Below, one piece after another: positions 1 through 9,191 of a DNA stretch of 20,000 nt. Position numbers and translations under genes: made by a program. Numbering within the stretch: position 1 is the first letter of the stretch; every line of letters begins with the position of its first letter. Source of the DNA: an uncultured virus (IMG/VR IMGVR_UViG_3300013093_000039) (Duplodnaviria; Heunggongvirae; Uroviricota; Caudoviricetes); IMG/VR virus record IMGVR_UViG_3300013093_000039; one strand, given 5' to 3'. The notes beneath the pieces are model-generated. The model saw only the letters and a list, made by a program, of their open reading frames with translations, made no database searches and was not told where the DNA came from.

Positions 1-1
1 G

Positions 2-289
2 AAATGGTTAGCTCTTTTAAATGACCCTCTAGGTAGCTATTACAACGGTACACCTCTTCAAAATTTACCAAATAATACAAATATACAATCAGGCTCCATA
101 GCAGAATATTGTACTACGTTCTCTATTTTCGGCTTAGATGAATATAATAATCAGGTTATTGAATTTATTTATTATAATGCGTTTATAACTAATTTAGGAT
201 CTATAGAATATAGTTATAGAACACCTGAATATATTGAATCTACTGTGCAATTTCAATTCAGTCAATTGAATATCAACCTTCTAAGTTAA
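2..289 (+). CDS. 3' part of tail-completion / tube-terminator-like protein (T4 gp3-like, tube fold), truncated by window start
   Basis: Frame 2 is open from the window edge to TAA at 287-289: KWLALLND...EYCTTFSIFGLDEYNNQVIEFIYYNAFITNLGSIEYSYRTPEYIESTVQFQFSQLNINLLS. This fits the tube-fold pattern and lies directly upstream of the sheath gene. Not in the ORF track. Confidence 0.65.
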   Translation, partial: KWLALLNDPLGSYYNGTPLQNLPNNTNIQSGSIAEYCTTFSIFGLDEYNNQVIEFIYYNAFITNLGSIEYSYRTPEYIESTVQFQFSQLNINLLS

Positions 290-309
290 AAAAATAATCT
301 GTTAGAGCA

Positions 310-315
310 TAAATA
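310..315 (+). promoter_or_regulatory. T4-type late promoter box (CATAAATA)
   Basis: TAAATA 11 nt before the sheath ATG; matches the core of the T4 gp55 late consensus TATAAATA. Confidence 0.6.
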
Positions 316-326
316 ATAATAACAAT

Positions 327-2465
327 ATGGCACTTTCAATTCAATCACCCGGCGTTCAAATTATTGAAACCGACTTATCGCAGACAGTTACTCTACCAGT
401 AGGTACTAGCGTATATGTTGCAGGTTTCGCTTCTCAAGGTCCTACTGACGAAGTAATACAGATTACTTCGATTTCCGAATTTGAATCAATTTTCGGTACA
501 CCGACAAACGCTGCTGAGAGTTATTTTTATTATAATTGCCAAGCTGTTCTTAATTCAAGCGGGAATCTTCTAACTACACGTCTTCCATACGGTTCTGGTA
601 ACGGTTTAGGATTTGCTGCTACATATAGTGCCCTTGTTTACCCAGTTGTTTCTGCTTCAACAGGATTTACTATTGGTTCTCCAGTTCACCAGACACTCAC
701 TCAGAGCCAGTACTTAGCAATTCAGCAGAGTAACTTTACATGGGGTGTTACCAATCCTGCTACTGTAGGTATCGGTACTCAGAATAATGCAGTACAGATC
801 AACGGTGGTCTTATTGTTCTTAACGACGCTCAAACAGCTGTTGATGAATACAATCAAGGCTATTACGTAAACATTGCAGACAATACAAATTGGGGGCCAA
901 CCTCTCCTTACACTGAAGTTATTAACGTCGTTGGTCTTTCTGCTCAAGACACTTTCCAGACAGTACCTCCTTCAAGCTTAGCTTTCACCTTAACAGCCGC
1001 TTATGGAACACAAGGTAGTTCAATATCTCAGGTTATTGAATCAGTACCAACATACAACTTTGGTAATGCTAGCTATAATGATTCTCTTGTATTAACACTC
1101 TTCAAGATTCGTAAGTCAACTTATCAACCTAACGTTCTCACATATTCGTTAGTAGAGTCTTATATCGGTTCGTTAAATTCTAATCGTACAATTAACGCTC
1201 CTACAGGAGGTGCACCTCAGTCCTTCTACTTACAGAATCTTGTTAACAATAATTCTAATAATATAGGTCTTTTTGTTAACCCAACTATTTCAACCTTTAC
1301 TAATTGGACATCTCTTTCTGGTAGCATTCCAGGACAAACAGTAAGAGTTGCTACTTCAGCAGCAAATCTTTATGCTGAAGGTGTATATAATCCAACATAT
1401 ACAACTAACTCTGAAGTAATCGGTAGTGTCGATCAGAAGATCAGTCGTGCTCTTTCACTTGTTAGTGCACCTGAAACAACAACAGTTGATCTCGTAGTTG
1501 ACGCTGGTTTATCAACAATATTTGCAAATACCTCTGGTGCCGGTTTAGGTACAAATGGTATACAAAATAATTACTACGACGACACAATTTACGCCGATGT
1601 TGCTTCTTTAAGCTCCTACGGTACATCAACTACATTACAGAATTGGAATACAATCTTTAATATATTCAACAACTTCTGTCAAAACACTCGTAAGGATTGT
1701 ATGTTTATCGCCGATCCTTTAAGGCAGATATTCGTTAACGGTGCTAATACAAAAACATTAGATAACCCTAGCAATAACTTTACATTAAACATCTATAACC
1801 CATTACAGAATTCATTAGCTAATGTTGATACAAACTACGCTGCAATTTACGGTAATTGGTTAAAAGTTTATAATGCTTTCTCAAATAACTATATTTGGGT
1901 ACCAGCTTCAGGATACGCTGCTGCTACATATGCTAATTCCGATGCTGCTTCTCAGCCCTGGTACGCTCCAGCTGGTTTAAATCGCGGACAGTTACAGAAC
2001 GTAACTGACATTGCTTTTAATCCTAATCAGAAGCAACGTGATTACCTCTATACAATTAGTGTTAACCCGATTGCACTCTTCAACGGTGAAGGTTACGTAT
2101 TATTTGGTCAAAAGACATTACAGGCTTTACCATCTGCTTTTGATCGTATTAACGTTCGTCGTTTATTCTTAGTACTTGAAAGAGCTACTAATAAGGCTTT
2201 AAAATACTTTGTATTTGAGCCTAATACAGTCTTTACACGTACACGTCTCGTAAATACAATTAATCCGTTGTTTGACCTCGCTAAAAATACACAAGGCTTA
2301 TACGACTACTTGGTTGTTTGCGACACTAGAAACAATCCTCCAGCTGTAATTGATAACAATCAATTAAACGTTGATATCTATATCAAACCAGTTCGTGCTG
2401 CAGAGTTTATTTTGGTAAACTTTATAGCTACAACAACAGGTCAAAACTTTAGCGAATTAATCTAA
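327..2465 (+). CDS. gp18: Contractile tail sheath protein (T4 gp18-like)
   Basis: 712 aa; N-terminal SPGVQIIETDLS and GFASQGP; C-terminal sheath motifs PWYAPAGLNRG, FGQKT, DRINVRRLF, FVFEPN, YIKPVRAAEFI. Confidence 0.95.
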   Translation: MALSIQSPGVQIIETDLSQTVTLPVGTSVYVAGFASQGPTDEVIQITSISEFESIFGTPTNAAESYFYYNCQAVLNSSGNLLTTRLPYGSGNGLGFAATYSALVYPVVSASTGFTIGSPVHQTLTQSQYLAIQQSNFTWGVTNPATVGIGTQNNAVQINGGLIVLNDAQTAVDEYNQGYYVNIADNTNWGPTSPYTEVINVVGLSAQDTFQTVPPSSLAFTLTAAYGTQGSSISQVIESVPTYNFGNASYNDSLVLTLFKIRKSTYQPNVLTYSLVESYIGSLNSNRTINAPTGGAPQSFYLQNLVNNNSNNIGLFVNPTISTFTNWTSLSGSIPGQTVRVATSAANLYAEGVYNPTYTTNSEVIGSVDQKISRALSLVSAPETTTVDLVVDAGLSTIFANTSGAGLGTNGIQNNYYDDTIYADVASLSSYGTSTTLQNWNTIFNIFNNFCQNTRKDCMFIADPLRQIFVNGANTKTLDNPSNNFTLNIYNPLQNSLANVDTNYAAIYGNWLKVYNAFSNNYIWVPASGYAAATYANSDAASQPWYAPAGLNRGQLQNVTDIAFNPNQKQRDYLYTISVNPIALFNGEGYVLFGQKTLQALPSAFDRINVRRLFLVLERATNKALKYFVFEPNTVFTRTRLVNTINPLFDLAKNTQGLYDYLVVCDTRNNPPAVIDNNQLNVDIYIKPVRAAEFILVNFIATTTGQNFSELI

Positions 2466-2471
2466 TAAATA
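2466..2471 (+). promoter_or_regulatory. Late promoter box TAAATA
   Basis: 9 nt before the tube ATG at 2481. Confidence 0.55.
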
Positions 2472-2480
2472 TATAAAATT

Positions 2481-3077
2481 ATGTCACAAACCATCTCCGA
2501 CTTCTACACATCAGTACAAGCTAACGATTTTGCAAGACAGTTTCAGTTCCGTGTAAACGGTACTTTTGCAAATATCGATTTTGCAGAATCTCAGCTTGTA
2601 TACATCGAATCTGCAGCTCTTCCAGGAAGAGCTATTAACAACGTTGCAGTTCCTTTTATGGGATTAAACTTCAACGTTCCAGGTACAGCTAGTTACCCAG
2701 GTTCAGAAGGCTGGCAGGTTACTTTCCGTTGCGATCAAAATTATAATATTCGTACAGCCTTAGAAAATGCTACTATCGGTACATTCGATGATAGTTCTTC
2801 TACAGGTTCATATAATATTGCTGGTCCTGGTAGTACTATCTCACTTGACTTACTCGGTAAATCTCTTGGTGGTCCTGATGGCCCTGTTGTTGTTCGTAGA
2901 TATAATCTTATAGGTGCTTATATTGTTTCATTAGGAGATATTACATATAATCTCGGAGATAATGGAACAATTGTTACATTCCCTGCAACAATTGCTTATC
3001 AATACTGGAGAGTTAGCGCTGGTGGCGGAGCTTTAAACCCTAATACTAACTTTGCAGTAGGTAACGTTTTACCATAG
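2481..3077 (+). CDS. gp19: Tail tube protein (T4 gp19-like)
   Basis: 198 aa directly after sheath; ARQFQFRV, AALPGR..V.VPFMG, W.VTFRCD, YNLIGAY, FPATIAYQYW are gp19-type tube motifs. Confidence 0.88.
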   Translation: MSQTISDFYTSVQANDFARQFQFRVNGTFANIDFAESQLVYIESAALPGRAINNVAVPFMGLNFNVPGTASYPGSEGWQVTFRCDQNYNIRTALENATIGTFDDSSSTGSYNIAGPGSTISLDLLGKSLGGPDGPVVVRRYNLIGAYIVSLGDITYNLGDNGTIVTFPATIAYQYWRVSAGGGALNPNTNFAVGNVLP

Positions 3078-3108
3078 TCTAGATTTTAGCAATAAGTAAT
3101 ATTGCTAT

Positions 3109-4494
3109 ATGTCAACTCCAACAGGTGACTCAAGTCTAGGTGGTCAGATACCATACTTTTTAAGTAATTTTTTAAGTAAGCCTGCTAGTGCTTTACCTAA
3201 AGGAGCTCAATGGGTATTACATTTTTTAGGTAATGGTTATACAGGTAGTAATAATACGCCTCAGTTAATACCTACAGATGCTATTAAACTTGGTATAAGC
3301 TATGAACCTAATGTAGCTAACTCTTGGAAAATACAACAAGCATTAGATTTAGTTACAACAAATGAGTACATAGAAACAAAAGGTTGTTTATTCGTACAAG
3401 CTGTACAAATACCAGGTGAGGGCAATCAAGTTAATCCGGAAGGTTTAATGTTTAATGGGTATATTAGAGGTACAATAGGTGCTGGTAGAGAACCTTATAA
3501 TGGTATGCAGATAGTGTTTCTTGAAACAAATGTTAGTTTTGTTGATAATGTTATTAGACCCTGGACAATTGCTACATCTCATTTAGGTATGATTGCTAGA
3601 CCTGGAGGAAGTAATTATCGTTGTAATATAGCTGTTTATAAACTCGGTGTTACCGATCAACAGTCCCCGCCAGTTATTTTACAAAAATATACTTTTTACG
3701 GAGCTTGTCCTACAACTATTGACGGAGAAGAATATAACTACGCTGTTTCTAATACGCCTACTAATCGTAACACTACATTTACATATTATTATTATACGTT
3801 AGACACTATTTACGATGGAGCTGAGTTTTTTATTAATAATAAAAATCCTAATGCTGATAGCAGTAGTAGCACAAGCCCTGATTACGGTAAGATAAAAGCT
3901 ACTGAATCTATGGTTACACATGTACAGCCACATATACAAGCTACTGAATCTATGGTTACACATGTACAGCCACATATACAAGCTAGTACTCCTTCCTCTG
4001 ATATAAAACACGGTTCATTAGAAATTCAACCTATAGCTCCTCAAGGAAGTCTTGTAGGAGAAATTTTACAAACAATATCTAATCTTATTATACCATTTAA
4101 TTTCTTTACTCCTCCTTTAGAAACTTTTATAGTAGCACCAGAAATAATAACACCTAATCCGCCTCCTGTTATAGTACCACCTACAAGTACGGTCTCGAAC
4201 ACATCAAATACTATAATAGCTGATACTGCTGTTACTTCAACAACGACTCCAACAATACAAGCTGATACTGTTGTACAGCCTTCTACAATATCTTCAATAC
4301 AAGCTAATAACAAATCTGAGACAACAGTAACACCCACTATAATAGCACAAAATGAAACTGCTAATTTAGATAAATTAGCTAAACAAAATATTTTAAATAT
4401 CGGAGTAACTTCTTCTCCACCAGTAGTAAAACCTATAGTTTTACAAACTATTTCTAGAGCTCAAGCTGAATCCCAAGTAGCTGTAAAAGTATAG
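3109..4494 (+). CDS. Tube-fold paralog (gp54-like baseplate tube initiator) with long low-complexity repeat C-terminal extension
   Basis: The first ~235 aa show tube-fold motifs (QAVQIPGE, IVFLET, IRPW, YTFYGACPTTI, TTFTYYYY); the rest is P/T/S/I-rich with 14-aa repeats. Preceded by TAAGTA at 3093-3098. Confidence 0.65.
   Translation: MSTPTGDSSLGGQIPYFLSNFLSKPASALPKGAQWVLHFLGNGYTGSNNTPQLIPTDAIKLGISYEPNVANSWKIQQALDLVTTNEYIETKGCLFVQAVQIPGEGNQVNPEGLMFNGYIRGTIGAGREPYNGMQIVFLETNVSFVDNVIRPWTIATSHLGMIARPGGSNYRCNIAVYKLGVTDQQSPPVILQKYTFYGACPTTIDGEEYNYAVSNTPTNRNTTFTYYYYTLDTIYDGAEFFINNKNPNADSSSSTSPDYGKIKATESMVTHVQPHIQATESMVTHVQPHIQASTPSSDIKHGSLEIQPIAPQGSLVGEILQTISNLIIPFNFFTPPLETFIVAPEIITPNPPPVIVPPTSTVSNTSNTIIADTAVTSTTTPTIQADTVVQPSTISSIQANNKSETTVTPTIIAQNETANLDKLAKQNILNIGVTSSPPVVKPIVLQTISRAQAESQVAVKV
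3896..3985 (+). repeat. Exact 42-bp tandem repeat (two copies plus 6 nt), in frame
   Basis: aagctactgaatctatggttacacatgtacagccacatatac at 3896-3937 and 3938-3979; encodes ATESMVTHVQPHIQ twice. Confidence 0.95.
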
Positions 4495-4525
4495 AATTTT
4501 TAACATACATTATATAAGTTAATAG

Positions 4526-5467
4526 GTGAGTAGTTTTTTAAGCAAGATTAAAGTAAGTAATAGAATTCTTTATTGTAAAGAGTTAAAAGTAAAACATCAT
4601 AAGCTTATTTTAAAAAGCCTTTTTGGAGATACTCCTGATTATGAATCAGTTTTTTACAATATAAATAATGTACTTGCTGAACTATCTAATTTAACTTTTG
4701 AAGAAATAAACAAGTTTAATATTATTGATTATTTTTTATTATTGTTTGAAATAAGAAGTTTGAGTATAGGTAGTAAAATTGCTGCTGAAACAACTGGAGA
4801 AAAAGTTATTAAGTTAACTTTAGATATTAATAAATTCTGTGATTGTTTAAAAAATATTAATATATTAGATTTATTATTACCTGAAACGATTGATGATTAT
4901 ACTTTTAGTTACAAACTACCAACAATATTCGATATAGTTAATATAGATATTTCTTCTCAAGAAACAATATACAATTTATTTGTAAAGTCTTTAGCAGTAA
5001 AAGATACTTATATTGATTTTACGCAATGCGATAGTGCTACGTCTATTAAAATTTTAGAATCATTACCAGCTAGAATTACATTCAATCTTAATAAACGATC
5101 TCAAAGTATAATAACAAAATTCAATGATATTAATCTTCTTTCTTACTTACCCGGATTAAAAGATAAACAATTAATGTTTAATTTTAACATTGATAATTTA
5201 GGTACTATACTCAAATTGCTATTTGGTGAACAATTATTAACACTATATGTCAATATTTTTAATTTATGTAGAATAGGTAATCTAACACCTGAGTATATTG
5301 AAAACTGTACACCTGGGGAATATATACTTTTTACAAAAAAAATAGAAGAATTACAACAAATTAATAAAGCATCTCAACTTGAAAATGTGAATATACCTAC
5401 AAACTCGTTTGGTTACCCTGATATACCTCCTCAAGTATCAAGATCAGAATCTCCTTCTAAAGGTTGA
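4526..5467 (+). CDS. Baseplate hub / tail assembly chaperone: gp26-like N-terminal region with C-terminal gp51-like segment
   Basis: GTG start, 313 aa; KELKVKHHKLILKS and IIDYFLLLFEIRSLSIG resemble gp26. The C-terminal LLTLYVNIFNLCRIGNLTPEYIENCTPGEYILF resembles the short gp51-like hub assembly catalyst of T4-like cyanophages. Confidence 0.55.
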   Translation: MSSFLSKIKVSNRILYCKELKVKHHKLILKSLFGDTPDYESVFYNINNVLAELSNLTFEEINKFNIIDYFLLLFEIRSLSIGSKIAAETTGEKVIKLTLDINKFCDCLKNINILDLLLPETIDDYTFSYKLPTIFDIVNIDISSQETIYNLFVKSLAVKDTYIDFTQCDSATSIKILESLPARITFNLNKRSQSIITKFNDINLLSYLPGLKDKQLMFNFNIDNLGTILKLLFGEQLLTLYVNIFNLCRIGNLTPEYIENCTPGEYILFTKKIEELQQINKASQLENVNIPTNSFGYPDIPPQVSRSESPSKG

Positions 5468-5497
5468 TAAGAGCAAGTTCTATTGTTAAATATAGCT

Positions 5498-6316
5498 ATG
5501 AATGAGGCTAGTAAAGTTATTGAACTGTTAAAAGAATTAGAATTAAAAACATCATTTACTGTATATATTCCTTCTTTACAAAGAGAGGTACCATTTAAGC
5601 AATTAACAACAGAGCAGCTTAAAAGAATACTTAAAACCGCTCTTGTAGCTCCTATCTATAATACAGATTTTATCTTAACGTTTAATAATATTATTCGAGA
5701 AAATTGTCTAGATAAATCTATTAACGTAAACACTTTAACCATTTATGATAAAGTTCTTATTACTTATAAAACAAAAATAGTAAGCATATCCCCTGAGTAT
5801 ACATTTAATTTTACTGAAAACGAAATAGGCACATATCTTTTACAAGAAACAAATAAGACAATCGACCTTACTGATATTTTTAATAATTTTATAGATAAAA
5901 AAATAGTATTTGAACCTAAAACTATTAGTGATGATAACTGTACGGTTATTTGTAATATCCCGACACTTTTAACAGAAGATAAGTTAGAAAAAGAAATACA
6001 TAAAGATATCGTATTAGATTTTGATTACGAAAAAGAAATAAACAAAATAATAGGAGAAGCATTTGTTAGTGAAATAACAAAATACGTTATCTCTATTAGT
6101 ATAGGAGACACTAGTGTCGATTTATTACAAATACCTTTTAAAGATAGAATAAGCATTATTGAAAGCTTACCAATTAATGTCACAGGTGAGATATTAAAAT
6201 ATATAGAAAACTATAAAGAAGCTATTGAACCGCTTCAGTCTTATTTGTTTGTAACAGATAAAGGTTTAACGTTTAAAAAAGATATTCTTTTAGATCCTAC
6301 GTTCTTTAATATTTAA
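5498..6316 (+). CDS. Baseplate hub subunit / assembly chaperone (gp26-like)
   Basis: VYIPSLQREVPFKQLTTEQLKRILKT, LTIYDKVLI and C-terminal DPTFF match the gp26 pattern. Start revised from TTG 5483 to ATG 5498, which follows TAAATA at 5487-5492. Confidence 0.65.
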   Translation: MNEASKVIELLKELELKTSFTVYIPSLQREVPFKQLTTEQLKRILKTALVAPIYNTDFILTFNNIIRENCLDKSINVNTLTIYDKVLITYKTKIVSISPEYTFNFTENEIGTYLLQETNKTIDLTDIFNNFIDKKIVFEPKTISDDNCTVICNIPTLLTEDKLEKEIHKDIVLDFDYEKEINKIIGEAFVSEITKYVISISIGDTSVDLLQIPFKDRISIIESLPINVTGEILKYIENYKEAIEPLQSYLFVTDKGLTFKKDILLDPTFFNI

Positions 6317-6350
6317 AACCTAAAACTATCTTCTTAAATAATATAAGGAG

Positions 6351-8129
6351 ATGGACACAAATAAATTATCACCTAAAGTAGAAGCTTTTCTAGAAAAATA
6401 TCTAGAGGAGTCCTTATTACCTATATTTGTTAAGCATTTTACTAAATCAGTAGAAAGTAGTCTCGCTACAACAAAAAAAGCTTCTCTAGCTGAGCGCTTC
6501 AATGAACAAGGAGGTTTATTTGGCATAGCTGGAAACTTGTTAAAAAATTCGTATAACAAGTATAAAGATAAAAAAGCAAATAAAGATATTAATGCTTCAA
6601 CTGCTACAGAGCAACCTAAAGATGATAACACTTTAAAAACAGTTGATAATACTAATATTAATACTGCTGTTCCTGAGCAAGTAAAAGCAGTTGCAGAACC
6701 AGTAGCTACTACTGATGCTCCAAAAGGTAAAAAGCATCTTATTAAAGATGATAATATATCCGTTATGATTGGCGGTATCTCTGTAAAAGGAGTTCAAAAT
6801 TTAAGAAGATCTTTACCATTAGTTTTTAAACCTATTTTAGATGATTTTTTCAAACGCTTAGGTAGTACAGAATTAAAAACAAATATTAAACAAACAGCTG
6901 CAGCTCCCGCTAAAGATGATAGCGGTCAAGATAATGGACTTTTAGGCGCTGCTTGGGACTTTTTCAAAAAGAAAAAAGGTACTGTAGCAGGAGATTTTGC
7001 AAGAAATCGTAAAGCAGCTCAATTACGTAAAGCTCGCGCTCTACGTACAACAGAAAATACATTAAAGACAACAGCTACTACAACAAGTAAAGAGGCAGTA
7101 GAAGTAGGAGCTAAAACTGTAGGAAAAGAAGCTGTAGAATCAGGAATTAAATCTGTTGGTACTGAAGCTGTAGAATCAGGAATTAAATCTGTTGGTACTG
7201 AAGCTGTAGAATCAGGAGCTAAAGTAGCTGCTGAATCTGGAGGTAAAAATGTTTTAAAGCAAGCAACAGGTAAGATAGGTAAAGTAGCTTCTTTAGCTGC
7301 TGCAGCTGGAGGCTCAGTAAAAAGTAAAATTGCTGAATCTATAGCTAAAAGAATACCAAAAGCAATGGCAGGGGCTATAGGTAAATCGATACCGTTTTTA
7401 GGAGAATTAGTAGGAGCTGGGTTTGCCGTTAGTCGTTTACTAAAAGGGGATTATGTAGGAGCAGGATTAGAGGCAGTCTCAGGTTTAGGTTCAGCTGCTA
7501 CAGCTATTCCTGCTACTGCACTTTTAACTGCAAAAGATGTTTACGAAGATGCTTATGGTGTTAAACCTGAATCTGATCCTAAGGTAGGAGAAAGATTTAC
7601 TGAAATAAAAGATGCTACAACCAAAGCTGCAACAGATTTTGTTAAAGGGGTTGGAGAAAAAAATAAACCAAAAGAGGAACCTAAGAAAGATAATAATACA
7701 GCAGCTACTGTTACACCAACTACCGGTTCAACACCTACAGAGACTGATGTAACTGCTGCCCCTGTCTCTACCACAAATACACCTCCTGCTTCTACTCCAG
7801 ACATAGCCGCTACAACTTCTCCTGCTGTACAGCCCTCAGTACCTAGCGTACAGCCAGTTCCTACCCCTACCCCTACTTCACCTACATCAACAGGTACAGA
7901 TAACGGACATGTGCTTAACGATATATCTGACCATACTAGTAAAACAAACGATCTTTTGGGTGCGTTAACTCAAGCAATAATGAAGCTAGCTCAAAAACCT
8001 ATGGGAGCAGTTGCTAATAATAGTAGTGTATCTGTAGGAGGACAATCTTCACCTCAACCTTCAGCTTCAGAAATTATGGCTAATAATAGTGACCCTATTA
8101 GATCAGTAAGATCAAAATACGGATCTTAA
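6351..8129 (+). CDS. Probable tape measure protein (gp29-like)
   Basis: 592 aa, A/K/G/T-rich, likely helical, with internal repeats and a hydrophobic KSIPFLGELVGAGFAVSRLLKGDYVGAGLEAVSGLG block; lies between the chaperones and the gp48-like gene; TAAATA at 6335-6340. Confidence 0.65.
   Translation: MDTNKLSPKVEAFLEKYLEESLLPIFVKHFTKSVESSLATTKKASLAERFNEQGGLFGIAGNLLKNSYNKYKDKKANKDINASTATEQPKDDNTLKTVDNTNINTAVPEQVKAVAEPVATTDAPKGKKHLIKDDNISVMIGGISVKGVQNLRRSLPLVFKPILDDFFKRLGSTELKTNIKQTAAAPAKDDSGQDNGLLGAAWDFFKKKKGTVAGDFARNRKAAQLRKARALRTTENTLKTTATTTSKEAVEVGAKTVGKEAVESGIKSVGTEAVESGIKSVGTEAVESGAKVAAESGGKNVLKQATGKIGKVASLAAAAGGSVKSKIAESIAKRIPKAMAGAIGKSIPFLGELVGAGFAVSRLLKGDYVGAGLEAVSGLGSAATAIPATALLTAKDVYEDAYGVKPESDPKVGERFTEIKDATTKAATDFVKGVGEKNKPKEEPKKDNNTAATVTPTTGSTPTETDVTAAPVSTTNTPPASTPDIAATTSPAVQPSVPSVQPVPTPTPTSPTSTGTDNGHVLNDISDHTSKTNDLLGALTQAIMKLAQKPMGAVANNSSVSVGGQSSPQPSASEIMANNSDPIRSVRSKYGS
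7092..7217 (+). repeat. 36-bp in-frame tandem repeat (12 aa, EAVESGIKSVGT)
   Basis: Exact copies at 7128-7163 and 7164-7199, partial copy 7200-7217, degenerate copy 7092-7127 (EAVEVGAKTVGK). Confidence 0.92.
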
Positions 8130-8141
8130 ATATTATAGTAT

Positions 8142-9188
8142 ATGGCTCAAAGTACATCTCCTTCAGCAATGTTTAATAATGCAAATAGTAACGCAGTTAC
8201 ATCTACTATTGGACCAGCTAAAGATAATGCTAATAATGTTGTTATTAACAATTCAGATCAACCATGGGATGTTGTTAGTAAATATACCTGGACATTAACT
8301 CCTCCTTCTTCCCCCGCTATAGCTGAAACTCCTTATATACTTTTAACTGAATATAAAGTAGATGAAGCTTTTATTAAACAACAAATTTCTAATTTTTTAA
8401 ATAATTCTAAAGATATTATAGGCGATACATATCAAGGAATTAAAAATGTTTTTACATATAAAACAACATATAAAAAAGATCCCGATCCGTTAGCCCCTTA
8501 TAAATCTTTATATAAAAAAGATCAGTCAACAAAAACTAATAATATATACAAATTTCCTTATTTTGATGATATTAATTTTGAAATTAATACATCTCCTTGG
8601 GAATCAATAGATGCTTTAGGATCTGCAGGGAGTATAGGAGGTGAGCTTTCTAAAGTTGCTTTTGGTAAAAATGCAGACAAAGTTAATAATTTTGCAAGCG
8701 GTGTTACAAAACTTGGTTCTGCTGCGTTAGCTTTTTCTTCTCCTAAGGTAGGTGTAGCTGATCGTCCTAAACTATGGTCTTCCCATTCTCCAAGAACAAT
8801 TAATATTAAATTTCCATTGTTTAATACGCAAAGTCCTGATGATTGGGAAAAAAATAGAAACTTATGTAAATTATTAATCAATCAAAATTTATTTCAAAAA
8901 ATTGATACGGTAAGTAATATACCCCCTGTATTTTACGAATTAGTTATTCCAGGACAACATTACAGTTATGCTTCTGCTGTAAGTAAATTAACTATTAATA
9001 ATAGAGGAAATATGCGCTCTTTAGTAGATAGTAAAGGACAAGTTTGTGTAGTACCAGACGCTTATGAAGTAAATATGACATTAGAAGATCTTGTTATGCC
9101 TAGTCAAAATTTATTCGGAGCAATTGATAGTGTATCTAAACAAGTAACAACATCTATACGAACAGCTCAACAAGCTATAAAAAAATAA
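8142..9188 (+). CDS. Baseplate tail-tube cap (gp48-like)
   Basis: 348 aa after the tape measure; RTINIKFPLFNT, PPVFYELVIPG, SKLTINNRG, PDAYEVNMTLEDL fit a gp48-type tube fold; TAAATA at 8127-8132. Confidence 0.55.
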   Translation: MAQSTSPSAMFNNANSNAVTSTIGPAKDNANNVVINNSDQPWDVVSKYTWTLTPPSSPAIAETPYILLTEYKVDEAFIKQQISNFLNNSKDIIGDTYQGIKNVFTYKTTYKKDPDPLAPYKSLYKKDQSTKTNNIYKFPYFDDINFEINTSPWESIDALGSAGSIGGELSKVAFGKNADKVNNFASGVTKLGSAALAFSSPKVGVADRPKLWSSHSPRTINIKFPLFNTQSPDDWEKNRNLCKLLINQNLFQKIDTVSNIPPVFYELVIPGQHYSYASAVSKLTINNRGNMRSLVDSKGQVCVVPDAYEVNMTLEDLVMPSQNLFGAIDSVSKQVTTSIRTAQQAIKK

Positions 9189-9191
9189 TAT

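Noticed and set aside
3896..7217. 42-bp and 36-bp repeats as CRISPR arrays or DGR TR/VR pairs
   Set aside because: Head-to-tail, in frame, with no spacers or adenine-specific mismatches, and no cas or reverse transcriptase gene in the window.
714..8881. Short minus-strand ORFs (714-947, 3799-4011, 4041-4337, 6326-6631, 7553-7804, 8558-8881)
   Set aside because: Lie essentially wholly antisense to well-supported structural genes and have no motifs.
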